DNA of 64,000 nucleotides, from sequence record JN849462.1; one strand, 5' to 3'. Below the pieces are notes generated by a model. That model ran no database searches. It saw nothing but the letters and a program-made list of their open reading frames with translations, and was not told the DNA's origin. The position numbers and the translations under genes were made by a program. Positions within the stretch are counted from its first letter, which is position 1. Each line of letters starts with the position of its first letter. This document shows, one piece after another, positions 1 through 9,505 of the stretch.

Positions 1-30
1 AATAAATTTCAAGTAGACGGCAAGCCATTC

Positions 31-624
31 TTGATGATTGATGACTTTCTACCTAGCGAAGTCGTTGATGAAATCGAGAACACGTTAAAATCAATTAACG
101 ATTGGGATCATGCCGACAACATCTTTGACTTCAATACGATTGTCAAAGACAAAACCGCGATACTGCAAGGTGATCAATATCGTTTGCGAACTGGTGTGCT
201 GGATGAACTTGCTGAATCGACGCTTGACCGAATTCTTGAAATACTCGAAACTGAATTCGGATGCAAGTATGACAAGTCAGAACTTCGCAAAATAAACGAA
301 TGGGAATATGCGTTTCGTTTCAACACGTCATATTATGAAAAAGTAAACGATGAAATGCTGTTCCATTATGATAGCAAAGGCGTAACATTCATGTATATGC
401 CGTGTGAACAGCATGACGACGGTACGTATTTTTTCTCTGACGGTGATCGTGACAAGCACGTATACACACTGAAACATAAGCGCGGGTCGGTTGCGATATT
501 CAATGCAAGCGATATTATGCATTGTAGCGCAAAACCGTCACCGTTAGATGAGTATCGCTATACAATCGTTTGGCAGTTTGTGTTCCCACCTCATCTTAAA
601 CCAATCAGAGAAGTAATCGCATGA
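31..624 (+). CDS. 2OG-Fe(II) oxygenase-like protein
   Basis: FHYDS (HxD), distal IMH and C-terminal RYTIV motifs; size typical of phage 2OG oxygenases. Confidence 0.7.
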   Translation: MMIDDFLPSEVVDEIENTLKSINDWDHADNIFDFNTIVKDKTAILQGDQYRLRTGVLDELAESTLDRILEILETEFGCKYDKSELRKINEWEYAFRFNTSYYEKVNDEMLFHYDSKGVTFMYMPCEQHDDGTYFFSDGDRDKHVYTLKHKRGSVAIFNASDIMHCSAKPSPLDEYRYTIVWQFVFPPHLKPIREVIA

Positions 625-1151
625 ACAGTCACAGAGCAGAGATCATTCAATTAAAACGCCGCGTTTCTACGCTAGAAGAAATGGTGAAAACTCTCATGAA
701 CCGTGACGTTACACCCCGTAACGTTTTTGAAGATGAAGAAGACGAGCACATTTCATTGCATCCCGTCGATGACACGTTCGATATGTTCCGAATCAAGCGT
801 GAGCTATTGCAAGCAATGTCTCAACAGTCGGTGCGTTATCTCGATATTACGTTCGAGAATTACCCGAACGTAGCGCGACACAAAGTGTATCAGAATCATC
901 TAATGCAAGATGTCGGTATGTCAGATGCAGATCGCAAGAAACTTGCAAAGACTCGTTACATGATTGCCGATGAAATGTCAGTGGGTGATGAGTTTGAATG
1001 CCCTGGGTGTGGTGAGAAAGTCATCAAGAAATCTTATCAACATCGTTTCTGCGGCGTGAAGAAACAAGGTCAGAGCAATTGCAAAGACTTTATCAACAAT
1101 TGGTTTAACCCTAGTCGATTAGAACGCACACTTGAATGGCTTGAAAAATGA
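621..1151 (+). CDS. hypothetical protein with CxxC Zn-ribbon-like C-terminus
   Basis: ORF overlaps the upstream stop; ECPGCG...RFC...NCK. Confidence 0.6.
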   Translation: MNSHRAEIIQLKRRVSTLEEMVKTLMNRDVTPRNVFEDEEDEHISLHPVDDTFDMFRIKRELLQAMSQQSVRYLDITFENYPNVARHKVYQNHLMQDVGMSDADRKKLAKTRYMIADEMSVGDEFECPGCGEKVIKKSYQHRFCGVKKQGQSNCKDFINNWFNPSRLERTLEWLEK

Positions 1152-1396
1152 AGATAAGAATAGTAAGATTCGAAGACGGTACGGGAAAATCACTGTATCG
1201 CATACAGTTCAAGAATTGGTATTGGCCATTCTGGACATTTTACAAACGCATGAATGAAGCGGGAAGTGAAGGCATTGTTGAGTGTGAGACTATTGAAGGT
1301 GCAATTGAGTGTCTTCAATGCGACGCTCAACGAGAACTATACAAACAACGCGAGTTCAAAGAAGTTGTAGGAATTTATGATGATCAAATCCGTTAA
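1148..1396 (+). CDS. hypothetical protein
   Basis: ATGA-coupled ORF in the operon. Confidence 0.55.
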   Translation: MKIRIVRFEDGTGKSLYRIQFKNWYWPFWTFYKRMNEAGSEGIVECETIEGAIECLQCDAQRELYKQREFKEVVGIYDDQIR

Positions 1397-1730
1397 AGCT
1401 TTATTCAGTAAACGCAAATGGAATGTGGTAGGTCGTTCTGAAAATCTCGATTTATGGACAGTGACTACTCGCAGACCACAAGTGAAATGTCGATTACTAT
1501 TGAAAGAAGATCAGTACGGGAATCGTGATTATGAACTTGACATGCTCGACGACTCTCCTGTTAATTACAATAGTTCAATTCGCTATTGCATGATTGACCA
1601 AATCATACCGAGAGAATACATTCAAAAGTTCTTGAAAGGTTGGTCAGTAGACAAAATCAACCGCATTTACGGGAAGACTGTCTTTACCATTGAGAAAACG
1701 CCATACGAGTCTTTCAAAGACTGGCGTTAA
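1377..1730 (+). CDS. hypothetical protein
   Basis: Coupled ORF ending just before a terminator. Confidence 0.55.
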   Translation: MMIKSVKALFSKRKWNVVGRSENLDLWTVTTRRPQVKCRLLLKEDQYGNRDYELDMLDDSPVNYNSSIRYCMIDQIIPREYIQKFLKGWSVDKINRIYGKTVFTIEKTPYESFKDWR

Positions 1731-1732
1731 TA

Positions 1733-1757
1733 AAAGCCCCTTAATTGGGGCTTTTTT
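1733..1757 (+). terminator. intrinsic terminator
   Basis: AAAAGCCCC-TTAATT-GGGGCTTTTTT; identical hairpin at about 19484-19509. Confidence 0.8.
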
Positions 1758-1786
1758 AGGTTTGATGAAAATAATTGAAAAAAGTT

Positions 1787-1820
1787 ATTGACGAGTGTTT
1801 AGAATTTGCCTAATATGTGT
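1787..1820 (+). promoter_or_regulatory. early sigma70-like promoter
   Basis: TTGACG-17-TAATAT followed by a TATCGAAACG leader. Confidence 0.6.
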
Positions 1821-1851
1821 CTATCGAAACGAAACAACGAAAGAGAAAATT

Positions 1852-2181
1852 ATGACTACAATCACATTTACGAGCGACACGCACTTCAGTCACGCTTCTG
1901 TTTCTTCAAATGATCTAGTGACTAAGCTGTTCAAAGAGATTCTTCGTCAGAACAACATTAGCTATCGCAAATTGTACCGCGAGAAACGCACGTCAACGCA
2001 TCGTAGCAACATTAGCGGCAAGAGCGTACGATTTGTCGGGATTAGTCATACAATCGCTGAGAAGCGCATACAAGACGTTTTAAACGAGTTCAACGCTATC
2101 ATGCCAGATACTTACGTTGTTGAGTACAACAAGCCATGGTGTCGTTATGCATGTGCATCATTTCAAATTTTTAAGAAGTAG
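1852..2181 (+). CDS. hypothetical early protein
   Basis: AAGAGAAAATTATG leader; start reassigned from 1795. Confidence 0.6.
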   Translation: MTTITFTSDTHFSHASVSSNDLVTKLFKEILRQNNISYRKLYREKRTSTHRSNISGKSVRFVGISHTIAEKRIQDVLNEFNAIMPDTYVVEYNKPWCRYACASFQIFKK

Positions 2182-2184
2182 ATT

Positions 2185-2532
2185 ATGATTAAAAAAGACG
2201 TTAGTCGCCTCACGGTAGGCGACATCAATTACGACACTGATTGGACGAGTACTATCATCTTAGATGAAGGCGTCTACAAACTTTCAGGTGTTCAAAAAGA
2301 CGGTGAGAAACTGCCTGACTTTGAGCACGAAGAACTTGAACACGTGATCGCGGTTGTTAATCAATCAATCGCTGATAGAACAAGCGGATCATTCATGCGA
2401 CAGTTCAATCGTCACATTGTCATTGAATCGACAAACAGCTTGCTGCATGTTCGCTTAGGTTACGGTTCGTATGATAGTAAATCACCAATGCATTACTTGC
2501 ACGAGATTAAAATCGAGGTTAAAAATGACTAA
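2185..2532 (+). CDS. hypothetical protein
   Basis: ORF in a tightly packed operon. Confidence 0.55.
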   Translation: MIKKDVSRLTVGDINYDTDWTSTIILDEGVYKLSGVQKDGEKLPDFEHEELEHVIAVVNQSIADRTSGSFMRQFNRHIVIESTNSLLHVRLGYGSYDSKSPMHYLHEIKIEVKND

Positions 2533-2959
2533 AGGTTGGTCAGATTACGAGCTTGAAGGTCGCTCAAAACAAGAACCTGTTCGACACAAGATGCAAGATT
2601 CAGTCGATGAAATGTGTCGTATTATGCGAGACGAGCATGATCGTTTCAGCGTCTCGACTCACACGGTTGATTTCGACAATGGTATTGAGTTATGGCGCAG
2701 CGACATGACTTGCATTTGGACTGGTAGAACTACTCAAAAGGTATTCACGTGGGACCAAGCAAAACAGCTTCGTGATGCATATGACGACGGTATGCAGACT
2801 AAGAAGACTAAAGCACAAGAAGAAATCGAACGCAAATTCTTGCGCAAAAAACAACGTCCTCAAGAGCCAGTAGCTGAGAAAAACAGTGATCGTGGCATTG
2901 GCGTCGAAATGGTTGGGATTAAGAAGTCAGATAAACGCTGGTGGGAGTTTTGGAAATGA
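2525..2959 (+). CDS. hypothetical protein (ends KRWWEFWK)
   Basis: GAGG RBS; start reassigned from 2471. Confidence 0.55.
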   Translation: MTKGWSDYELEGRSKQEPVRHKMQDSVDEMCRIMRDEHDRFSVSTHTVDFDNGIELWRSDMTCIWTGRTTQKVFTWDQAKQLRDAYDDGMQTKKTKAQEEIERKFLRKKQRPQEPVAEKNSDRGIGVEMVGIKKSDKRWWEFWK

Positions 2960-3420
2960 AATCACAAGAAGAATTTGCACGTCAAGCAATGCGCGTAAGA
3001 GCAGCCGTTGGCTTGTTTGATACAGACATTAGCTTCAAAGAAGCATTAAACGATGATTTGTCTCATCGTGGTCAGCGTGTCATGTCAGCGTTACCAGACA
3101 ACATTCAGTTCATGTGGCAGAAACGCGACGAAATGAACGAAAAGATTTTAGCTGAAATCAGTTGTATCGAAAAGCGCATTGACAAAACGCTATGCGAAAT
3201 CAACGATCCGTTATATGCAATCGGCAAATACGTAGCGAAGAAATCAGGCAAGCCGTTTAAAGGCGGCGAAGATATTGTCAAAGTGACGGGTATTACAAGA
3301 CACCCTCACGTCGATGGGTATGCGTTTACTTACAACTACTCAGAAGAAGACGGTACACTGGCACAATCATACATTCACACAGCTATGGTAATTATCAACT
3401 ATTCTAGTTTGAAATTATGA
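2956..3420 (+). CDS. hypothetical protein
   Basis: ATGA-coupled ORF. Confidence 0.55.
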   Translation: MKSQEEFARQAMRVRAAVGLFDTDISFKEALNDDLSHRGQRVMSALPDNIQFMWQKRDEMNEKILAEISCIEKRIDKTLCEINDPLYAIGKYVAKKSGKPFKGGEDIVKVTGITRHPHVDGYAFTYNYSEEDGTLAQSYIHTAMVIINYSSLKL

Positions 3421-3887
3421 TCATTTATGAAAACGGGATCCCCGTCAAGACTCACGAACATCAACCAGAGAGTAAAACAATGTTAGAAAAAGTAAACGAA
3501 TTTGTAAAAGCAAAGCCACTTGTATCACTTGCACTTGCCGTTGCAATCGGTGTAATTGGTACTAAAGTGATTCAATCTGATCCACTTGCTGAAAAACCGC
3601 TATTGAAATACCGCGTCGTGTACGAATACAACAAAGATTACGGTCGTGATTGTGGTGATTTAGGCGACGGTTACTACTGGTACACGCAAGAACTCAACGA
3701 AGGCATCATCTTCGATAACTGGAAGCCAAGTGGCTGGTGTTCAGAAACTGAATCAGGTGCGCGTGAGTTGGCAGAAAGCGCGATTAAAAAGCGCATCGAA
3801 ACTGAAAACTCGAAAGCGCGTGTATATCAAGCATGGGCAACTAAGGAAGACTCGGTTCGTTTCGAGCCTCTAAAGGTGACTGAATGA
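3417..3887 (+). CDS. membrane-anchored hypothetical protein
   Basis: One hydrophobic segment, LVSLALAVAIGVIG. Confidence 0.55.
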   Translation: MIIYENGIPVKTHEHQPESKTMLEKVNEFVKAKPLVSLALAVAIGVIGTKVIQSDPLAEKPLLKYRVVYEYNKDYGRDCGDLGDGYYWYTQELNEGIIFDNWKPSGWCSETESGARELAESAIKKRIETENSKARVYQAWATKEDSVRFEPLKVTE

Positions 3888-4213
3888 TCTCACTAGGTAC
3901 ATTGATTGCACTGTTCGCAGTGCATTTCATTGCAGATTTCTTCGTACAAACTGAACATCAAGCAATGAACAAGAGCAAAGACATATGGCCATTAGCTAGA
4001 CACTGCCTAACATACGCACTGTGCTTCTTGCCATTTGGTATTATGTTCGCAATCGTAACTGGTATACTGCACATGGTTGTCGATTACATGACTTCAAGAA
4101 TGACAAGCTCACTTTGGGCGAAAGGTGAAACTCGTAAATTCTTCCAAGTCATCGGGTTCGATCAGTTCTTACATGCAGTTAGTTTAGTAACGATGTACGT
4201 AATTTTGAATTAA
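3884..4213 (+). CDS. DUF3307-like membrane protein
   Basis: HFIADFFVQT...NKSK...H..DY...IGFDQFLH pattern. Confidence 0.7.
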   Translation: MISLGTLIALFAVHFIADFFVQTEHQAMNKSKDIWPLARHCLTYALCFLPFGIMFAIVTGILHMVVDYMTSRMTSSLWAKGETRKFFQVIGFDQFLHAVSLVTMYVILN

Positions 4214-4222
4214 TTAAAGAAA

Positions 4223-4298
4223 AGTGGTTGCTCTATGCAGCCACTTTCTGTATTATAGCTACATCAAGTGATGAGTTAAACAAAAAGAGAACATTATG
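4223..4298 (+). promoter_or_regulatory. early promoter embedded in a stem-loop, with conserved leader
   Basis: Hairpin AAAGTGGTTGC...GCAGCCACTTT contains the -35; then TATTAT-AGCTACATC and AAGAGAACATTATG. Confidence 0.6.
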
Positions 4299-4544
4299 AA
4301 AATCAATCTTCGCAAACTTCTAATGTGGTGGGACGAAAACGAACAAGCTGCTGACGAGTTCACGAACTTCGTGCTTGAGTATGCAATGAAAGCTGGTAGT
4401 GACAACTTCATTTCAGATTATGCAACGTATCTTCGTGATTCTGGCAAGTACACTGTACCGAATCTAGCTGACTTAGAATCTCTTCTTCGCCATGCGGGAT
4501 TGAAATCTGAGTTTGATGGTCGTCACACTCGAATCGTTCTATAA
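4296..4544 (+). CDS. hypothetical early protein
   Basis: Follows the early leader. Confidence 0.55.
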   Translation: MKINLRKLLMWWDENEQAADEFTNFVLEYAMKAGSDNFISDYATYLRDSGKYTVPNLADLESLLRHAGLKSEFDGRHTRIVL

Positions 4545-4553
4545 GAGGTCAAT

Positions 4554-4973
4554 ATGTTAAAGAAAATATGGCAAACATTATTTCCAGACCCTGAATGGAA
4601 AGTAGCAGCATACACAGCTCAGAAGTCGTTCGATGTATCTAGCTCTTGGTGTCACAAGGGTGTTATTAAGTGTCGTGCAGTTATTCTAGTAGACAAGCAT
4701 GATCGCCGACAAGTTAGAGTCGTATTCGATGAGTACGATTATGGTCGAGAAATATCAGCGTACAATGAGAACTTAATTCGAAAAATCTTATCGAGTAATA
4801 GTCTGGCATTGATTCGAGGCTCGATGAGTACCAGAAAGTTGAATAGCTATGATGGATTTGATCTGTGCGAACACCACGAAGCATTCTACGATTGGGAAAC
4901 ATTCAAGAATAACTTCATTTATGGTGAAGTTGATTTATGCGGGAACTTAATTGAGAAAAGCGAAGCGGAATAG
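4554..4973 (+). CDS. hypothetical protein
   Basis: GAGG RBS. Confidence 0.55.
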   Translation: MLKKIWQTLFPDPEWKVAAYTAQKSFDVSSSWCHKGVIKCRAVILVDKHDRRQVRVVFDEYDYGREISAYNENLIRKILSSNSLALIRGSMSTRKLNSYDGFDLCEHHEAFYDWETFKNNFIYGEVDLCGNLIEKSEAE

Positions 4974-4980
4974 CCAACTG

Positions 4981-5053
4981 AGGCGGAAAAATTCCGCATC
5001 ATCTTAGTAGAATTAGTAGTTTTAGTGAAGTTAGTAATATTAGGAGTATTAGA
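4981..5053 (+). repeat. dispersed hairpin plus TTAGTAG-rich element, copy 1
   Basis: GAGGCGGAAAAATTCCGCATCATCTTAGTAGAATTAGTAGTTTTAGTGAAGTTAG; inverted copy at 61657-61742. Confidence 0.75.
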
Positions 5054-5749
5054 ATGAAGAAGCTCGTACTTGTAGCTGCCGCTGCTGTAGCTCTTGTTGG
5101 ATGTGGTGATTTGCCACGTCTGGAAACTAAGACAGACAAGAAATTCACCACGGTTAATGCAGTTGTGAACAAAAAAGAGCGTGAAATGATTAACTACTGG
5201 ATGGCAGATGCTGACGGTAGTAACTATCTTTACAACAAGCTTTGGACTGCTCTTGCTACTCGTAACAAATACGGTTCTAATGCTGTGCGTCGTTCAGATG
5301 ATGAAGTCCCGTTCTGTGATGTCATTGTAGCCCTTGCTAAATCTGAAGAAGGTATTCGAAGCACGTACGAGCGCACATTTAACAATCAGTGGCGAACTCA
5401 ATACGGCATTAGTCTTAATCAGCAATGTGGCTATACTCCACCAGAAACACTCGAAGAGCAAGCAGAGCGCATTGAGCAACTTGAAATGCAAGCTGATTTG
5501 AAAAAGCGTGAGCAACAAGCACAGAGTATTGAAACGCTTGATGACGTTGCCGACGCGACGACTGAGCTACTTGATCCGCATGAGTACGACTATCTGATCG
5601 AATCGGCACGCGAGTGTAATCGAGCCAAAACCAAATTGCTTGAACTAACGCAAGCAGGCAAACCTCTGACACAAGCTGACGGCTCAGATGCACGTAAGCT
5701 AATTATCGAATGCAAAATGCATAAACTTGAAGTTGAATTGAATAAGTGA
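5054..5749 (+). CDS. lipoprotein, paralog of 18747..19466
   Basis: Lipobox LVGC; shares VPFCDVI, NQW..YGI.L..QC, CNRAK and KLEVELNK with the paralog. Confidence 0.7.
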   Translation: MKKLVLVAAAAVALVGCGDLPRLETKTDKKFTTVNAVVNKKEREMINYWMADADGSNYLYNKLWTALATRNKYGSNAVRRSDDEVPFCDVIVALAKSEEGIRSTYERTFNNQWRTQYGISLNQQCGYTPPETLEEQAERIEQLEMQADLKKREQQAQSIETLDDVADATTELLDPHEYDYLIESARECNRAKTKLLELTQAGKPLTQADGSDARKLIIECKMHKLEVELNK

Positions 5750-5756
5750 GAAAAGC

Positions 5757-6539
5757 ATGTTGAGAACAAATATTGCGATTGAAGAACTGAAAATCCGAAT
5801 GCATCCGTTCGATCAAGTTGCGAACGCAAACAACGACGATAGCTCAGTTCGCGACTGGCGGCAAATCCCTGACGTTGCTAATGACAATATCCTGAAGAAC
5901 TCAGTTCTACCGTCGTGGGTAATTCGAGAGTTTCACTGGCGTGATATTTCATTCAATCAACCATCAATGGGTGATCTGCCCGTTGAGTACAAAACAGAAG
6001 CAGGTGAAATTGGTAAGTGCCAATCGCATTATCTCGGTGAACTTGATGATTGCAAGTTCTGGCGCCCTGACATTGTATCTTTGAATGCTCAGTTCATTGA
6101 TTCAAAAGACGTTGATAAAGCCCTTGCAGAATTGCAAGCCGTTGATGTGTTTGACGCTTCACAAGGATTCGCTGACGGTCGACCTGACCCGGTTAGTCAC
6201 AATGAACACGGTATCACCGATGATGAGCTTGAAGCTGCAATCGTCGAAGCTGAAATGGCAGCGGCTGTGGATGCTTTAAAAGTTGAGTCGCAATCGTTGT
6301 TCGATCCAGATCATGTTTATTACATGAATGAAAAGTATTATATTATCGGTGACGACCCGTTTGACGAAAATTACTGCTATGCGTTGAATGCTGCAAAATA
6401 CCCACAGCGTATTGCAAAATCCCAAATCGTAACCGATGAGCAATACAAAGAAGCCGAAGTGTTGAAGAGTCAGTTCCCGCAGATGTGGACTGCTCAAGAT
6501 TACGCAAAGCTTGCTAAGTTCATTCGCAGCAAAAAGTAG
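5757..6539 (+). CDS. hypothetical protein
   Basis: 260-aa acidic ORF. Confidence 0.6.
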   Translation: MLRTNIAIEELKIRMHPFDQVANANNDDSSVRDWRQIPDVANDNILKNSVLPSWVIREFHWRDISFNQPSMGDLPVEYKTEAGEIGKCQSHYLGELDDCKFWRPDIVSLNAQFIDSKDVDKALAELQAVDVFDASQGFADGRPDPVSHNEHGITDDELEAAIVEAEMAAAVDALKVESQSLFDPDHVYYMNEKYYIIGDDPFDENYCYALNAAKYPQRIAKSQIVTDEQYKEAEVLKSQFPQMWTAQDYAKLAKFIRSKK

Positions 6540-6567
6540 TTCCGATGCGGGTTGTTACGACATCCCG

Positions 6568-6575
6568 CATAAATA
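6568..6575 (+). promoter_or_regulatory. T4-type late promoter (CATAAATA)
   Basis: One mismatch to TATAAATA, 33 nt upstream of the ATG at 6608. Confidence 0.6.
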
Positions 6576-6607
6576 GTTCTATATGGACTAACAAGGAAAT
6601 TACGACA

Positions 6608-7138
6608 ATGCCAACTCCTACAACAGGTGCGATTTCAATCGGTACCGTTCGTGATTATTTCAGTAAGACAGGCGCAGCTTCATTGTCTCAGTACTACAGA
6701 GGCGGCGGTATTGTTCCTGATATTACTGAAAACGCTCACGTACCAACTTCAGGCGCGATTAGCTTGAATGATTTGCGCGGTGTATATCGCTTGTCAACGT
6801 ATACGACATCGTTTACGACAACATACAACACTACCGTATCAACATCGAATACGACTTCACGTAGCACGTCAAGAAGTACCGCTCGAAGTACTGCATACAG
6901 TACAACTCGCTCGACTGCGTATACTACTACTTGGACAACTAGCCGAACTACGTCGGTGACTAAAGGTTCGTATTCGACATCATACACGACTTCTCGTGCT
7001 ACAACTCGTTCAACTGCGTATAACACGACACGTTCAACAGCTTATACGTCTACGTGGACAACATCATGGACAACTACGTACAACACAACAATATCAACAT
7101 CAAACACAACTTCACGAAGCACGCAAGTTGCAGTTTAA
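6608..7138 (+). CDS. Thr/Ser-repeat late protein, putative virion appendage or adhesin
   Basis: N-terminal GAIS...SQYYRGGG...PTSGAISL domain, then about 115 aa of 4-residue T/S repeats; AAGGA RBS. Confidence 0.7.
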   Translation: MPTPTTGAISIGTVRDYFSKTGAASLSQYYRGGGIVPDITENAHVPTSGAISLNDLRGVYRLSTYTTSFTTTYNTTVSTSNTTSRSTSRSTARSTAYSTTRSTAYTTTWTTSRTTSVTKGSYSTSYTTSRATTRSTAYNTTRSTAYTSTWTTSWTTTYNTTISTSNTTSRSTQVAV

Positions 7139-7150
7139 CAAGGTTAAATT

Positions 7151-7369
7151 ATGAGCTACAATGAAGAACACGAGAATCGAATCAACGAGCTTGAGAACAA
7201 GGTTTCAAAGCTTGAGTTGATAATTGAAAATCTGGTTGAGTCTATGACATCAAACAGCGAAGCTATTATCGAACACATTGCATCACTTGAGACTGAGAGA
7301 GATTCGATTCTTGCATCATATGATGACAAACTTAATGAGATCGTGACCAAATATGAACCCACACAATAA
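7151..7369 (+). CDS. coiled-coil protein
   Basis: Heptad-like RINELENKVSKLE. Confidence 0.55.
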   Translation: MSYNEEHENRINELENKVSKLELIIENLVESMTSNSEAIIEHIASLETERDSILASYDDKLNEIVTKYEPTQ

Positions 7370-8207
7370 AGAAATGACAGGGTTCAATAACATTTCTCGC
7401 ACTGGTAAGTTGAAATTACAAGCCGATGCAGACGACGTCCGTACCATGTGTATGGACGTTGTTCGTTTATTGAACGCTAAAAATATACCATCTAACTTCG
7501 ACATCAATCACAATGACGGTGGCAACATCGGCGTGCATGAGTGGGTGTCACAAATCCGCTTCATCCACTTGAAATACATGAACGTCAATTTTCAAACGAA
7601 GATTTTCAAGCATGCCTATCACAACACTGAAAATGTCGTTGATTACTTTGACACGTTTAAGCATTCTGACAAATATCATCTTTCAGCGAAGCCTCGATTT
7701 TTAGAATATGAAAACGTCGTATTTCTATGCGGGTCGAACGTACTTGAATTAGCAATTGACTTTGACAAGATTGATGCGTTGGTCGAACAATATCCTGATT
7801 TGGTGATTAAACCTCACCCGATTACGACGTTGTATTACATCAATATGCTTAAATCTAGATATGGTTCAAAGCGCGTTCTTTCTCAGAAAATTAGTGGTGT
7901 TGATGTTCTAAAGTCTGCGAAGCGTGTTTGGTTGCCTTCAACGTCTGAATTCTGGTTCAGTGCTTTGAACTACGACAAAGAAATCGGGTTTATATCTAAA
8001 GATGGTTTCTGTGGAACATACACGTCAATCATCAACGCAGTGTGGGAATTGCATGAAGAAACTGGTGATTCGCTGAAAGATATTGTGAATAAAATTATCT
8101 CGTCACCTTACTCAGGTCTGTATGGTAGTATGGCAGACTTTGAAGCGCATCACGAGAAATACTGTAATGTGATTCTAGAACTAGGGGGTAATTTCGATAA
8201 TGTATGA
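7353..8207 (+). CDS. KpsS/KpsC-like capsule-type glycosyltransferase (GT-B)
   Basis: LVIKPHP motif and a C-terminal ST..F.AL...K segment. Confidence 0.5.
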   Translation: MNPHNKEMTGFNNISRTGKLKLQADADDVRTMCMDVVRLLNAKNIPSNFDINHNDGGNIGVHEWVSQIRFIHLKYMNVNFQTKIFKHAYHNTENVVDYFDTFKHSDKYHLSAKPRFLEYENVVFLCGSNVLELAIDFDKIDALVEQYPDLVIKPHPITTLYYINMLKSRYGSKRVLSQKISGVDVLKSAKRVWLPSTSEFWFSALNYDKEIGFISKDGFCGTYTSIINAVWELHEETGDSLKDIVNKIISSPYSGLYGSMADFEAHHEKYCNVILELGGNFDNV

Positions 8208-8832
8208 TTATGTAATTCACACTTCGATTAGTGACAAAAGTCAGATAAACCAACTAGCAATGTTTGTCGGGTCTTTCATCGAGACGCACAAAAAAGGTCG
8301 CGTTGTCTGCGTGACTGATCTTGAACTTGATTTCACGATGCCTCGACTGTCATTTGAGAAAAAACTACCCGAAGAGTACGTTTTCATTTCAGTTGACAAT
8401 CTATTTTTGCAAAAAACGTACGGCGTGGTTAGCTACATTGATAGCGGCACTTGGCGATGTACTTGGCAAAAGAATGACCATGATGAGTTCGTTATTAAAA
8501 AGCATGGCGAAAGAAGCGGGTTGATTAACCCTGATATTGCAATTGCAAATTACAATGTTTCGAGACATGGTGATCTCGACATGTATTACAACGCGCTTCG
8601 TTACATTGAGAACGCAATCACGATCAACTGCAAAGACTTTGCTCCTGCTGCTGAGAATAAAATCAACAGCTTTTACACGCTTGTATTTCCATGGGAGATT
8701 TATTTTCACGTTATGATCACTTACCAAGAGTATATTGATTCTGAATACGTTGAGCGAGTTCGCGCTAACTGTCATAAGTTCGCACACTCGGTTTATTACA
8801 GAAAATCAGGGTTGTTGCGTGATGGGTTATGA
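8200..8832 (+). CDS. hypothetical, possibly GT-A glycosyltransferase-like
   Basis: N-terminal ...RVVCVTD and a VFISVD segment; weak. Confidence 0.4.
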   Translation: MYDYVIHTSISDKSQINQLAMFVGSFIETHKKGRVVCVTDLELDFTMPRLSFEKKLPEEYVFISVDNLFLQKTYGVVSYIDSGTWRCTWQKNDHDEFVIKKHGERSGLINPDIAIANYNVSRHGDLDMYYNALRYIENAITINCKDFAPAAENKINSFYTLVFPWEIYFHVMITYQEYIDSEYVERVRANCHKFAHSVYYRKSGLLRDGL

Positions 8833-9505
8833 TGAGATAATTTTAGTATCTGGGCTTGATAGTTTAGTTCTATACGAATTTCTTGAACGAAAGCCACACC
8901 CTGTTTACTTTAAATGGGGTTTTGCTATCGACGAACTTGAAATGGCTGCTTTGCCTGAAGAAACAACTATCATAGAAATGCCAGAGATTTTGCATTTGAA
9001 ACATGATCCGTATGAGTTCAAGACGCCACGAAATCCCGATTTGATTGGTCGGAATACGTTGATGTTTAACTCAGTTTTCCATGCATTCAGACCAAACGTA
9101 ATTTATCGCGGGATGTTGAAAGGTGATGATTTCTATTACGACGCATCGCCTACGCATTCAGATGAAATCGCAGCTATGTGGTCGAAAATGCTGGATAAAG
9201 AGTGTCGAATTGAACAACCGTTTAAAGACAAAACGAAACGTGACATAATGCAAATGGCGGTTGAATACGGGATTGACGCGAATTCATTGCAGCATTGTTA
9301 CAATCGAGAACATAACTGTGGTCGATGTAGCAAGTGTGTAGATGCACATGTTAATTCTATGTATACCGACAATCCAGACATCATGTGGCTGAAACGAATA
9401 GTTAATGACTCGGGTATGGCAGCATTGGCTAATCACATGTTTGGTGTTGATACCGTTGACAGAATCAAGGAATTTCTAGATGAATTTGATCGAACAGACC
9501 GCTGA
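8822..9505 (+). CDS. QueC-like PP-loop ATPase with Zn motif
   Basis: ILVSGLDS, GRNTLM, TKRDI, CY...NCGRCSKC; start reassigned from 8735. Confidence 0.65.
   Translation: MGYDEIILVSGLDSLVLYEFLERKPHPVYFKWGFAIDELEMAALPEETTIIEMPEILHLKHDPYEFKTPRNPDLIGRNTLMFNSVFHAFRPNVIYRGMLKGDDFYYDASPTHSDEIAAMWSKMLDKECRIEQPFKDKTKRDIMQMAVEYGIDANSLQHCYNREHNCGRCSKCVDAHVNSMYTDNPDIMWLKRIVNDSGMAALANHMFGVDTVDRIKEFLDEFDRTDR

Noticed and set aside
6736-7026. Antisense Val-rich ORF
   Set aside because: A shadow of the Thr/Ser repeat codons, with no RBS or promoter.
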